From the NCBI GenBank assembly GCA_044229145.1, contig JBGATO010000016.1, positions 1 to 63,644 of the forward strand: 63,644 nucleotides of DNA, given 5' to 3'. Numbering within the stretch: position 1 is the first letter of the stretch; each line of letters starts with the position of its first letter. The notes below the pieces were generated by a model that had not been told where the DNA came from, did not search any database, and was given only the letters and a program-made list of their open reading frames with translations. Position numbers and translations under genes: made by a program. The DNA comes from Candidatus Eiseniibacteriota bacterium. GTDB taxonomy: Bacteria > Eisenbacteria > RBG-16-71-46 > CAZEPH01. Below are positions 1-12,062 of this stretch, piece by piece.

Positions 1-719
1 CACGCGTCGGCGCGTTGGCGTAGGCGCTTGCCCGCGCGCGTGGCGAGCGCGCGCGCCTCCTGCAGCGCGTCGGCGCGCACCGCGTCGGCGTGTGCGTGCA
101 CGAGTGTGGCGGCGTCGGCGCAGCCGAGGGTGAGCGCGGTGGCATCCGCGCGCGGCGGCGGCGGCGCGTACGGCGCGCCGAGCGTCGCCGGCGGGCGCGA
201 GGCGCCCGGCGCATCGACCGCGACCCGTACCACCCGCGAGCCCGCCTCGAGTACCAACACACGCCCGCCGCGCGGCATCAACTCCGCCACCATTTCTGCC
301 GCCGTCCCGTCCGCCAGCGTGAGCGCCCACACGACGATGCGTTCGTCCGGCGACCACTGCCGCGCCGCACCGAACACCGCGCCGGTGAGCGCATCGCGCA
401 ACGCTGTCATTTCGGCGCGGGCATTGCGCGAGCGCAGCGCCTCTCCGCGCGCCAGCGGCACGACATCGGCGGGAATCAACGCGGCGGGCGCGCGGCCCGC
501 CTCCAACACGGCGACGCCCACCGCACCCGGCCGCAGCGAGACAAGCAGCGTGCCGGCGAGCGGCGGCGCGTCTTCGCCCGGCACCGGCATCGGCTGACCG
601 GCGTCCAGCAAGGCGAACTCCAGCAACCCCGGCAACCGCGCATGCACGAACGCGATCCGGCGTCCGAGGACGGCGGTCGTCAGCGCGGTGAGGAGGTCGG
701 GAGTCGAGGTCTGGGACAT
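1..719 (-). CDS. NFACT/RqcH (FbpA-like) family protein, N-terminal part; runs off the window start
   Basis: Not in the ORF track. Minus-strand frame is open from ATG at 719 to the window edge (MSQTSTPDLL...). The segment DERIVVWALTLADG...AEMVAELMPRGGRVLVLE resembles the NFACT-N 'dRi...lvaElmgr.gnlil' pattern and is followed by the start of a helical/coiled-coil region. Confidence 0.5.
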   Translation of the reverse strand, partial: MSQTSTPDLLTALTTAVLGRRIAFVHARLPGLLEFALLDAGQPMPVPGEDAPPLAGTLLVSLRPGAVGVAVLEAGRAPAALIPADVVPLARGEALRSRNARAEMTALRDALTGAVFGAARQWSPDERIVVWALTLADGTAAEMVAELMPRGGRVLVLEAGSRVVRVAVDAPGASRPPATLGAPYAPPPPRADATALTLGCADAATLVHAHADAVRADALQEARALATRAGKRLRQRADA

Positions 720-833
720 GGCGTGGGCCTGCGCGACTGCGTGCAATCGCGCGCATCCTAGACCTTTCGCCGCCGGCGCGCCAGCGGCCGCGTGCTACAT
801 CGTAGCCGCGACGATGCGCTACACTCCGCCCCC

Positions 834-1292
834 ATGCTGATCCTGGACCTCGTGCGGCACGGCGAAGCCGTCGCCCATCATCCCGGCGGCGACGCCGCCC
901 GCCCGTTGACCCCGCGTGGCGAATCCGACATCCGTCGTCTCGCCGAGGCGCTGCGCGCCGACGGCTGGGCGCCCGCGTACATCGCCGCGAGCCCGTATCT
1001 GCGCGCGCAGCAGACCGCGCAGCTGCTCGCCGACGCCTGCGACCGGACGGTCGCGACCTGGGGGGCGCTCGAACCGGACACTCCGCCGCAGCGCGTGCTC
1101 GACGCGCTCCTCGCCGAAGGCTGGGACGCGGCCGCGCACGTCGTCTTAGTGGCGCACTTGCCGTTGGTCGAACGCGTGGCGCTCGCGCTGGCTGCCGGAG
1201 ATGCGCCGTGGACGCCGGGCACGCTGGCGCGGATCGAGCTGCCGGAGGGATTGGCGCGGCGTGGCGCCCTGACGCGCGTGTGGACGCCGTGA
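834..1292 (+). CDS. sixA: Phosphohistidine phosphatase SixA (histidine phosphatase superfamily)
   Basis: Motifs LVRHGEA, D..RPLT..G, SPYLRAQQTA and LVAHLP. TACACT lies 8 nt before the ATG. Confidence 0.85.
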   Translation: MLILDLVRHGEAVAHHPGGDAARPLTPRGESDIRRLAEALRADGWAPAYIAASPYLRAQQTAQLLADACDRTVATWGALEPDTPPQRVLDALLAEGWDAAAHVVLVAHLPLVERVALALAAGDAPWTPGTLARIELPEGLARRGALTRVWTP

Positions 1293-1334
1293 GCGGCGTC
1301 ACGGCGTCCACGCGGTGAAGCGGAAAGCGCGCGC

Positions 1335-1946
1335 TTAGCGATACAAGTGCTTGATCGCGCCCCAGGTGGCGGGGTGCACCGGTGTCGTGCCGGTGAAGTC
1401 GACGAGCACGTCGTCCCAGCCGATCCCATCGCTGAAGTTGATCGAGGTGAAGGTCATCGACACGCTGGCGATGCTGCCGGCCGTGAACTCGAGGTGGTCG
1501 ACGTTCTTGTAGCCATTCACCGGACCCGACGGATGCGTGACGGTGAAGCTCTCGAGCACCGTACCCGACGCATCCTTCGACGACACTTGCACCACCGACC
1601 AGCCGGCGCTGATCACGTTGAGGCCAACGTGTGTCGCCCGCCACGCCGGCGACGGCATGCCAGTGGCCGGGTCGACCATCTTCATGTCGATGTCGCGGAA
1701 GTTGCTCGCGCCGCACAGGATGTTGGCGCCGGATGTCGCCTCGGCGGCGTCGGCGAAGATCGTGCAGGCAGAGTTGCTCACCGACGAGAACAGCACGCCT
1801 TGTGGCATGTACTGGTTGGTGATCGGCGTGCCGCCGACGTAGGTGTCGAAGGTCATCGTGGTGGCCGCGTGGGCGCTGGCGGTGAGCGCGGCGCACGCCA
1901 GGAAAGAGGCGGCGACGAGGGTGCCGCGTGATGCGCGCGAAGTCAT
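1335..1946 (-). CDS. Secreted protein with C-terminal TWGAIK-type tail
   Basis: Signal peptide (..LACAALTASAHA|A), beta-rich body and tail TTPVHPATWGAIKHLYR. An extended -10 (TGcTACACT) lies upstream on the minus strand. Confidence 0.75.
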   Translation of the reverse strand: MTSRASRGTLVAASFLACAALTASAHAATTMTFDTYVGGTPITNQYMPQGVLFSSVSNSACTIFADAAEATSGANILCGASNFRDIDMKMVDPATGMPSPAWRATHVGLNVISAGWSVVQVSSKDASGTVLESFTVTHPSGPVNGYKNVDHLEFTAGSIASVSMTFTSINFSDGIGWDDVLVDFTGTTPVHPATWGAIKHLYR

Positions 1947-2025
1947 GAAGCAGTGCCTTTCGATCGATGTGGACGCGAAGATGTCGAAGCGTGGAGGGCT
2001 CAAGTGTAGCACAGACGGCGCGGCG

Positions 2026-2148
2026 CTAGGGCGCGCCGTGCGTCCGCCGCCACCACGTGAGCAGCAGCAACCCCGCCTCGATGCACGCCAATACCCCGAT
2101 CACGATCTTCACCGCGCGGCCGATGCCGGCGCGCCGCTCCGCTTCCAC
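2026..2148 (-). CDS. Putative 40-aa single-pass membrane protein
   Basis: Below the ORF-track cutoff. GGGAGG lies 8 nt before the GTG. Translation MEAERRAGIGRAVKIVIGVLACIEAGLLLLTWWRRTHGAP has one hydrophobic helix flanked by Arg. Confidence 0.45.
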   Translation of the reverse strand: MEAERRAGIGRAVKIVIGVLACIEAGLLLLTWWRRTHGAP

Positions 2149-2227
2149 CGTCGTCGCCTCCCGTCGTTGTGTGCGAACTGTGCGCCGATGGTCGCATCGG
2201 CGACGGGACGCGTCGAGGGCCGCGCGA

Positions 2228-3100
2228 TCACGACGCGGAGCGCCGAATCGTCACCTCCACGCGCTGTCCGAGCTTGAGCGGCGTCGCGGCGTCTGGGGCG
2301 ATCTTCACCAGCAGCACGCGAGTGTCGGTAGGCCGGCCAGGATCGCTCGGCGTCAGCTGGCGCGGCATCACGGCGCCGGGCACATCTTCGACGTGGCCGG
2401 ACCAGCGCTGGCCGTCGAACCCTTCGGCGGCAATCGTCGCGACGGCGCCGCGCCGCACGCGGCCCGCGTCGAACTCGTCGACTTCGGCTTCGATGCGGGT
2501 GCGGCGCAAGTCCGCGATGCGCACCAGCGACGCGCCCGCCGCTACCGTCTCACCCCCGTCGGCGTAGCGTTGCACCACGGTGCCGGACACCGGCGCGACG
2601 ATGCGGGTCTTGGCGAGTTCGGCGCGCAAGCGCTGCACGTCGGCCTGTGCCTGTGCCTGCGCCGCGCGCGCGACGTCTCGTTGATGCACGGCGCGATCGA
2701 GCGCCTGCCGCGTGTCGAGATCGGCGGCGGCGAGCCGCTCGCTCCGTGACGCTTCGACTTCCGCGAACCGCACGTCGGCCTGCGCCTTGGCGACGTTCGC
2801 TTCCGCCTCCGCGAGTGCCGCGCGGAGGTCGTCCGCGCGAATCTCGGCGATCACCTCGCCGGCGCGCACCTGCTGATTCTCCACCACGCACACGCGCAGC
2901 AGCGTGCCGGCGACGTCCGTTCCCACCGTGACCTCGGCGCCCGGGTATGCCACCACGCGCCCTTCCGCCACCACCGTCGCCTCCTGCGCGACCGGCCGCG
3001 GCGCCGGCATCGTGCGCTTCGCGCCGTTGGCTTGCACTTGCCACGCCGTCACCGCCACCAGAACAATGCCGGCCGCCCACCACATGTACGTGCGCTTCAT
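2228..3100 (-). CDS. Efflux periplasmic adaptor subunit (HlyD/membrane fusion protein)
   Basis: N-terminal TM helix, lipoyl half-motifs (V..GE.IAEI; IVAPVSGTV...GETV..G) flanking a coiled-coil hairpin. Downstream of the ABC genes. Confidence 0.9.
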   Translation of the reverse strand: MKRTYMWWAAGIVLVAVTAWQVQANGAKRTMPAPRPVAQEATVVAEGRVVAYPGAEVTVGTDVAGTLLRVCVVENQQVRAGEVIAEIRADDLRAALAEAEANVAKAQADVRFAEVEASRSERLAAADLDTRQALDRAVHQRDVARAAQAQAQADVQRLRAELAKTRIVAPVSGTVVQRYADGGETVAAGASLVRIADLRRTRIEAEVDEFDAGRVRRGAVATIAAEGFDGQRWSGHVEDVPGAVMPRQLTPSDPGRPTDTRVLLVKIAPDAATPLKLGQRVEVTIRRSAS

Positions 3101-3106
3101 GATCTG

Positions 3107-3865
3107 TCAGACCTCGTGCGGTTCGAGTAGACGTCCGTCGGCAATGCGCACGACGCGATCGGCGATCGCGCGCACCTTCGGATCGTGGGTGACGATGAGC
3201 AGGCCGCGCCGCTCGCGCTTGGCGAGGTCGCGGAACAGCTCGAGGATTTGCGTGCCGGACGTCGCATCGAGATTCGCGGTCGGCTCGTCGGCGAGCAGCA
3301 CCGCGGGGCGCCCGGCGAGCGCACGCGCGATGGCGACGCGCTGCTTCTGGCCACCGCTGAGATCGCGCGGCAGGAAGTGCAGGCGGTCGCCGAGGCCGAC
3401 GTGCTCCAGAGCGCGCACCGCTTCGTCGTGCGCGGCGCGGCCCTCGACGCCCTTGACGTTGAGCGCGTACTCCACGTTCTCGCGCGCGGTCAGCGCCGGG
3501 AACAGGTTGTACTGTTGAAAGACGAAACCGATGTGCGCGCGGCGGATCGCCGGCAAGGCGTCCGGACGCGCCGCGTCGACACGTTCGCCGTTCACGGTGA
3601 CTTCGCCGCCGCTCGGCGTGAGAATGCAGCCAAGGATCGACAGGAAGGTCGTTTTGCCGCTGCCCGACGGACCTTCGAGCGCGACGATCTCTCCGGCGTC
3701 GAGCGTGAGGTCGACGCCTTTGAGGACGTCGACGCGGTCACGGCCGTCGACGAAGCTCTTGGTGACGCCGCGCGCGTCGAGGACGCGGCCGGCGGAGGGC
3801 GGCGTGTGCGGAACTGCCGTCGCGCGCGGCGCGGCGCAGTTCCAGGACTGAGGCCACAGCGTCAT
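3107..3865 (-). CDS. ABC transporter ATP-binding protein (LolD/MacB/DevA-like)
   Basis: Walker A GPSGSGKT, signature LSGGQKQR, Walker B LLADEPT, H-loop VTHD. Confidence 0.95.
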   Translation of the reverse strand: MTLWPQSWNCAAPRATAVPHTPPSAGRVLDARGVTKSFVDGRDRVDVLKGVDLTLDAGEIVALEGPSGSGKTTFLSILGCILTPSGGEVTVNGERVDAARPDALPAIRRAHIGFVFQQYNLFPALTARENVEYALNVKGVEGRAAHDEAVRALEHVGLGDRLHFLPRDLSGGQKQRVAIARALAGRPAVLLADEPTANLDATSGTQILELFRDLAKRERRGLLIVTHDPKVRAIADRVVRIADGRLLEPHEV

Positions 3866-3868
3866 CGT

Positions 3869-4996
3869 CTATCCTCGGAAGACCAGCGCGGGGTCGAGCC
3901 CCGCGACCTTGCGATAACTCACCATGCCCGCTGCCAGACACAGCACCACGGTGCCCACGAACACGACCGCGGTCACCGGCGTTGGCAAGATGAGTTTGAG
4001 ATTGATGGCCGCGATGACCGGGCGCATCGCGTACGCCGTCAGCGCGCCGCACGCGAAGCCGACCACCGCCGCGATCACCGACTGGCGCGCGAGGATGCCG
4101 TAGATGTGCGCGTTGCCGCCGCCGATCGCCTTGACGGTGCCGAACTCCTTGAGGTGTTCCATCGTGGCGGTGTAGAGCGTCTGCGCGACGACGACCACGC
4201 CGACCAAGCAGCCGAGGAAGACGGTGACGTACATGTTGAGGCCGATGCCGGTGTTCGCCACCCAGTAGCCGCGCGAACGGTTCGCCCATTCGGCGCGCGT
4301 GTAGACGTCGTTGTACGGCAGGCGGCGGCGGATCGCCGCGCGGACGGCTTCGATGTCGGCGCCCGGTTGCACGCGGACGACGATGTAGGTGGTCTTGCGA
4401 TCGAGAACGCTCGCGCCGAGTTGTTGCGCGAGGTGGAAGTCCATCATCGCCAGCGGTGTCGTCGTGAAGCTCTTGGCCTCGCGTGTGGTGCCGACGATCT
4501 TGAGGCGGCGCCCCATGACCTCGCGATAGTCGCCGAGGTGGAAGTTGCCGTAGCGCTGCCGCGCCGACTCGTCGAGGAACATGTACGGCCCGCGGCGCAG
4601 GTTCTGCACATCGCCGGCCGAGACGTTCCACGGGAATTGCCAGTCGGCGAAGTTTTCCATCGCGTAGACCTCGGCGCCTTCCTGCGCGCCGTTCGGCAGA
4701 GCGATGGTCATGAACCAAATCAGGAGATTGTCGGCGCGTTGCACACCGGGGACCGAGCGCACACGCTGCACCGCGGTCTCGCTGAAGGTGTGCGAGAAGT
4801 CGACGTTCGGCGTGTTGCGCGAGGTGATCCAGAGGTCCGCCGGCAGCCTGTCGATGGTGATGCTGGCGTTCTGCAGGAGTCCGAGGAAGAGGCCGACCTG
4901 CACGAGCACCAGCGTCACCGCGAAGGCGACGCCGCTCACCGTGATGGCAAAGCGCAGGCGGTCGTGCAGCAGGTTTTTGCGGGCGAGATCGACCAT
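3869..4996 (-). CDS. ABC transporter permease (FtsX/MacB/DevC-like)
   Basis: Starts MVDLARKNLLHDRLRF. One N-terminal TM, a large periplasmic loop, the EFGTVKAIG motif and three C-terminal TMs ending DPALVFR. Confidence 0.9.
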   Translation of the reverse strand: MVDLARKNLLHDRLRFAITVSGVAFAVTLVLVQVGLFLGLLQNASITIDRLPADLWITSRNTPNVDFSHTFSETAVQRVRSVPGVQRADNLLIWFMTIALPNGAQEGAEVYAMENFADWQFPWNVSAGDVQNLRRGPYMFLDESARQRYGNFHLGDYREVMGRRLKIVGTTREAKSFTTTPLAMMDFHLAQQLGASVLDRKTTYIVVRVQPGADIEAVRAAIRRRLPYNDVYTRAEWANRSRGYWVANTGIGLNMYVTVFLGCLVGVVVVAQTLYTATMEHLKEFGTVKAIGGGNAHIYGILARQSVIAAVVGFACGALTAYAMRPVIAAINLKLILPTPVTAVVFVGTVVLCLAAGMVSYRKVAGLDPALVFRG

Positions 4997-5001
4997 GACC
5001 G

Positions 5002-5709
5002 TCAGGCCTCGCCGCGCTGGCCGTCGTGGGCGAGCGATGCGCCGGCGAGGCCGCTGGGCATCGGGTAGCGCCCGGCGTCGCCCTCGCGCAGCAGTCCGTG
5101 CAGGAGGGCGTCGATCATGAGGTCCGTGGCCTCGTCGATCGGCCGCCATTCGAGCCAGTCGTCGCCGCCCTTGGTGACGTGGAGGGCGACGATGCCGTGC
5201 GTGGCGGCCCACAACATCTGGGCGATGGCGTCGGCATCGCGCAGGCCATCGCGCAGCCGGCCCGTCGCAATGGCGGCGCCCACCGTCTGAACGAGGAACG
5301 CGTAGGCGTCCTGGTCCGGATTGCCGTGTTCGACCGGCTGCTCGTCGTGCTTCATCTCGAACGGCACCGGCGTCATGAACATCAGGCGATAGTGGTTGGG
5401 GTGCTGGACACCGAACTGGACGTACGCCACGGCAATCCGGCGGAGCCGCACGACCGGGTCGGCTTCGGCGGTCAAGCTGCCGAACGCCGCCGCGAGGCCG
5501 AGGAAGTCCTGGCTGCAGATTTCGCGGAACAGCGCCTCTTTGTCCGCAAAGTACTGGTAGAGCGCGGTGGCGGAGTACTCCACCGCGTCGGCGATGCGGC
5601 GCATCGACACGGCGTCATAGCCATCGCGGGCGAACATTTCCCGCGCCACGTCGAGGATGCGTTGCCGTGTTTCGACCCGCTCCCGGTCCCGCCGTTCCTT
5701 GGTTCCCAT
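5002..5709 (-). CDS. TetR/AcrR family transcriptional regulator
   Basis: HTH segment ILDVAREMFARDGYDAVSMRRIADAVEYSATALYQYFADKEAL. SD GGAGG upstream. First gene of the efflux operon. Confidence 0.92.
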   Translation of the reverse strand: MGTKERRDRERVETRQRILDVAREMFARDGYDAVSMRRIADAVEYSATALYQYFADKEALFREICSQDFLGLAAAFGSLTAEADPVVRLRRIAVAYVQFGVQHPNHYRLMFMTPVPFEMKHDEQPVEHGNPDQDAYAFLVQTVGAAIATGRLRDGLRDADAIAQMLWAATHGIVALHVTKGGDDWLEWRPIDEATDLMIDALLHGLLREGDAGRYPMPSGLAGASLAHDGQRGEA

Positions 5710-5725
5710 AACGCCCTCCACAAAG

Positions 5726-5772
5726 CTAACACTGTTAGATTATCGAATGACGTTATTTTTGTCAACACTGTT
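5726..5772 (-). promoter_or_regulatory. Sigma70 promoter of the tetR-efflux operon with overlapping palindromic operator sites
   Basis: Minus strand: TTGACA (5765-5760), 17 bp, TAATCT (5742-5737). Palindrome CTAACAcTGTTAG at 5726-5738; related cores at 5746-5754 and 5764-5772. The region is an AT-rich island. Confidence 0.8.
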
Positions 5773-5869
5773 TTATGGAGTTCGGTGCCCCGGTGGCGAT
5801 CTTCTGCTCACGCATGGGCTTGGAACGCCGATACCGGTCCACGACTGCCCTGGACTCCGGCCGCCGCGA

Positions 5870-5899
5870 TTGACCCAGGCGCGCCAAAGCGAGTAGCAT
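5870..5899 (+). promoter_or_regulatory. Putative sigma70 promoter for the ketosynthase operon
   Basis: TTGACC (5870-5875), 18 bp, TAGCAT (5894-5899), about 130 nt upstream of the KS start. Confidence 0.5.
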
Positions 5900-6027
5900 G
5901 AGCGGTCCGAGCAACTCGCGCTCGATGCGTCGTTTACCCGCTTTCGGCGGCCCCAGCCGCCCGCACCACGCATCCGCGCACCTACCTGCCATCGAACAAG
6001 ATCGGAGCGTCACGCTTGGCTGCTTCC

Positions 6028-7359
6028 ATGCCGCGTCGCCGCGTCGTCGTCACCGGGCTCGGAATCGTGAGCCCGGTCGGAGTCGGCAAGGCACAGTTCT
6101 GGGACCACCTCTCGCGCGGAATTTCCGGCGTCAAGGAGGTCCACGACTTCGACACCTCGCAGTTCAGCTGCCACCACGGCGGCGAAGTGCAGGAGTTCGA
6201 CGCCCACGACTTCTTCCCCGCGAACAAGGTGCGCCAGTGGGACCGCTGCATGCAGTTCGCGATGGTTGCCGCGCAAGAAGCGCTGCGTGAAGCCGGCATG
6301 GAGAGCGGCCCGAACTGCGAACCCGAGCGCGCCGGCGTGATCCTCGGCACCGCCGCGGGTGGACGCCGCGAGGCGATCGCCTTCCAGCGTGACGTCCTGT
6401 TCGCGGACAACGAAGCGCAGCGCGAGGCGGTGCGCAAGTTCCCGCGCCGCCTGATGCTCAACTCGAGCTACCACGCCGCCACCAATCGCGTCGCCGGCGA
6501 GTTCGGCTTCCACGGTCCCAACGTCACGATCTCGACCGCGTGCGCCAGCGGCACCAACTCGGTGGCGATGGGCGCCGACCAGATCCGCCTCGGCCGCGCC
6601 GACATCATGCTCGCCGGCGGCAGCGAACTGCTCTGTCAAATCGTGTTCACCGGTTTCGCCGCCATCCGCGCGCTGAGCGAGGAAGGCCGCATCCGCCCGT
6701 TCGACGGCAAGCGCGGCGGCCTGATGCTCGGCGAAGGCGCCGGCATGCTGGTGCTCGAGGACCGCGACGCCGCGCTCGCCCGCGGCGCACACATCTACGG
6801 CGAGATCCTCGGCTGGGGCTTGAGCGGCGACGCGGTCCACATGACCGCGCCGGCGCGCTACGGCGAAGGGCTCGCCGAATCCATCCGCCAAGCCTTCGAG
6901 GACGCCGACCTCAACGTCGACCAGATCGACTACATCAACGCGCACGGCACCGGCACGCGCTACAACGACCAGATGGAAACGCGCGCCTTCCGCACCGTGT
7001 TCGGCGAACTCGCGCCGAAGATCCCGATTTCGTCGACCAAGTCGATGATGGGACACACGCTCGGCGCCGCCGGCAGCATCGAGGCGGTGATCGCGCTGCT
7101 CACCATCCACAATCATTTGATCGCGCCGACCATCAACTACGAGAACCTGGATCCCGACTGCGATCTCGACTACACGCCGAACGTCGCGCGGCAGGCCGAC
7201 GTGCGCACCGTGCTGAGCACCAGCGCCGGATTCGCCGGCAACAACGCGGCGATCATCATCGGCGGGCCGGACGGGCCGCGGCCGAGCGCGCTGCCGCACG
7301 GCACCTACACGATGAACGCGCATCCCACGGGCGGAAAGCCGGAGACGAGTGCCGCATGA
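6028..7359 (+). CDS. Beta-ketoacyl-ACP synthase (FabF-like/KS-alpha), catalytically intact
   Basis: RRVVVTGLG start; catalytic Cys in STACASG, His in NAHGTGT and His in KSMMGHTLGAAG. Confidence 0.92.
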   Translation: MPRRRVVVTGLGIVSPVGVGKAQFWDHLSRGISGVKEVHDFDTSQFSCHHGGEVQEFDAHDFFPANKVRQWDRCMQFAMVAAQEALREAGMESGPNCEPERAGVILGTAAGGRREAIAFQRDVLFADNEAQREAVRKFPRRLMLNSSYHAATNRVAGEFGFHGPNVTISTACASGTNSVAMGADQIRLGRADIMLAGGSELLCQIVFTGFAAIRALSEEGRIRPFDGKRGGLMLGEGAGMLVLEDRDAALARGAHIYGEILGWGLSGDAVHMTAPARYGEGLAESIRQAFEDADLNVDQIDYINAHGTGTRYNDQMETRAFRTVFGELAPKIPISSTKSMMGHTLGAAGSIEAVIALLTIHNHLIAPTINYENLDPDCDLDYTPNVARQADVRTVLSTSAGFAGNNAAIIIGGPDGPRPSALPHGTYTMNAHPTGGKPETSAA

Positions 7360-8642
7360 GCCAGTTCGAACCCGTCGTCGTCACCGGCATCGGCGTCGCC
7401 TGCGCGATCGGCGACAACCACGCCGAGTTCCGCGAGTCGATCTTCAACGGCCGCTCCGGTCTCAACCGCATCTCCAAGGTCGCGGGCTTCGACCCGTCGC
7501 CGTCGAAGGCGGTGCACGCCGGCGTCATCCCGAACTTCGACTCGGTGCCGGTGCCGCAGACCAAGCGCGAGATCGGCAACTCGATCACGCAGTTGATGCG
7601 CAAGATGGACCGCGTCACCAAGCTCTCGGTCATCGCCGCGGAGGAAGCGCGCGCCGACAGTGGCGTCGAGATCGACGACATCTCGCCGACCCGCATCGGC
7701 ATCGTGCTCGGCACCGCGTTCGACGGCTTGGTGACGATCGAGGAATACTATCGCGCCGTGGTGCAGAAGGGCGCGCGCCACGCGTCGCCGGCGTTGTTCC
7801 CGTTCACGCTGCCGAACTCGATCAATGGCGCGGTGTCGATCCACATGGGCATCAAGGGCGTGAACTCGTCGCTGGCGACCGGTGCGGTGAGCGGGCTGGC
7901 GAGCGTCGGCTACGGCCTCGACTTGCTGCGCGCCGGACGCGCCGACTACATCCTCGCCGGCGCCGCGGACATCTTCGGCGAACCCGTGTTCCGCGCGATG
8001 GACTTCCTGCGTTGCGTCACGCCGTATCGTGACGGCGGCGCGGAAACCGTCGCGCCGTTCGGCCGCGACCGCAACGGCTTCCCGATGGGCGAAGCCGGCG
8101 CGTTCGTCCTGCTCGAACGCCGTGCGACCGCGGAGAAGCGCGGCGCCACGATCCACTGCGAACTCGCGGGCTACGCCAACACCTACGACGGCTGGAAGAC
8201 CGCGGACAACGATCCGCAGGGCACCGGTGTCGCCGCCGCGGTGCGCGGCGCGTTGCGCGACGCCGGCGTCGACGCGGGCAGCATCGACTACGTCGCCGCC
8301 TCCGCCAACGGCGCGGTGGCCGGCGACCGCGCCGAAGCGCAAGGCCTGCGCGCGGCGTTCGGCGCGCACGCCGACACGGTGCCGGTCAGCAGCATCAAGG
8401 GCCTCACCGGCGAGACGTTCTCGGCCGGCGGCATCCTGTCGATGATCCAGGCGATCGCCGCGATCCAGCGCGGCGCGGTGCCACCGCACCGCAGCGGCCT
8501 CACCGGCAAGATCACGCTCGGCGACGACATCCCGCTCGGCCACGTGCCGTCGGAGGTCGAGGAGCGCCGCGTGCGCACGGCGCTCGCCAACAGCGTGTGC
8601 TACACCGGGAACAACGCCAGCGTGGTGGTGCGGGCGGTGTAG
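7356..8642 (+). CDS. Ketosynthase-like chain-length-factor (KS-beta/CLF-like) protein lacking the catalytic triad
   Basis: Overlaps the upstream KS stop (ATGA). KS fold motifs present (VVVTGIG, APFGRDRNGF..GEAGA), but Cys is Ala (ATGAVSG), HGTGT is SANGA, and GH is GE (KGLTGETFSAGG). Confidence 0.85.
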   Translation: MSQFEPVVVTGIGVACAIGDNHAEFRESIFNGRSGLNRISKVAGFDPSPSKAVHAGVIPNFDSVPVPQTKREIGNSITQLMRKMDRVTKLSVIAAEEARADSGVEIDDISPTRIGIVLGTAFDGLVTIEEYYRAVVQKGARHASPALFPFTLPNSINGAVSIHMGIKGVNSSLATGAVSGLASVGYGLDLLRAGRADYILAGAADIFGEPVFRAMDFLRCVTPYRDGGAETVAPFGRDRNGFPMGEAGAFVLLERRATAEKRGATIHCELAGYANTYDGWKTADNDPQGTGVAAAVRGALRDAGVDAGSIDYVAASANGAVAGDRAEAQGLRAAFGAHADTVPVSSIKGLTGETFSAGGILSMIQAIAAIQRGAVPPHRSGLTGKITLGDDIPLGHVPSEVEERRVRTALANSVCYTGNNASVVVRAV

Positions 8643-8651
8643 GGCCGCAAC

Positions 8652-12050
<3,399 letters not shown>

Positions 12051-12062
12051 GAGACGCATCGC

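Noticed and set aside
28..761. Plus-strand ORFs 28-597 and 90-761, and the many long Arg/Ala-rich overlapping ORFs throughout the track (e.g. 3185-5068, 8862-11519, 20035-22185, 54356-56284)
   Set aside because: These are antisense or off-frame shadows of well-supported genes, expected at high GC. They carry no recognisable motifs.
6540..7355. Apparent N-terminal extension of the second ketosynthase (700-aa ORF)
   Set aside because: It overlaps the first KS in another frame. The ATG at 7356 overlapping the KS stop is the coherent start.
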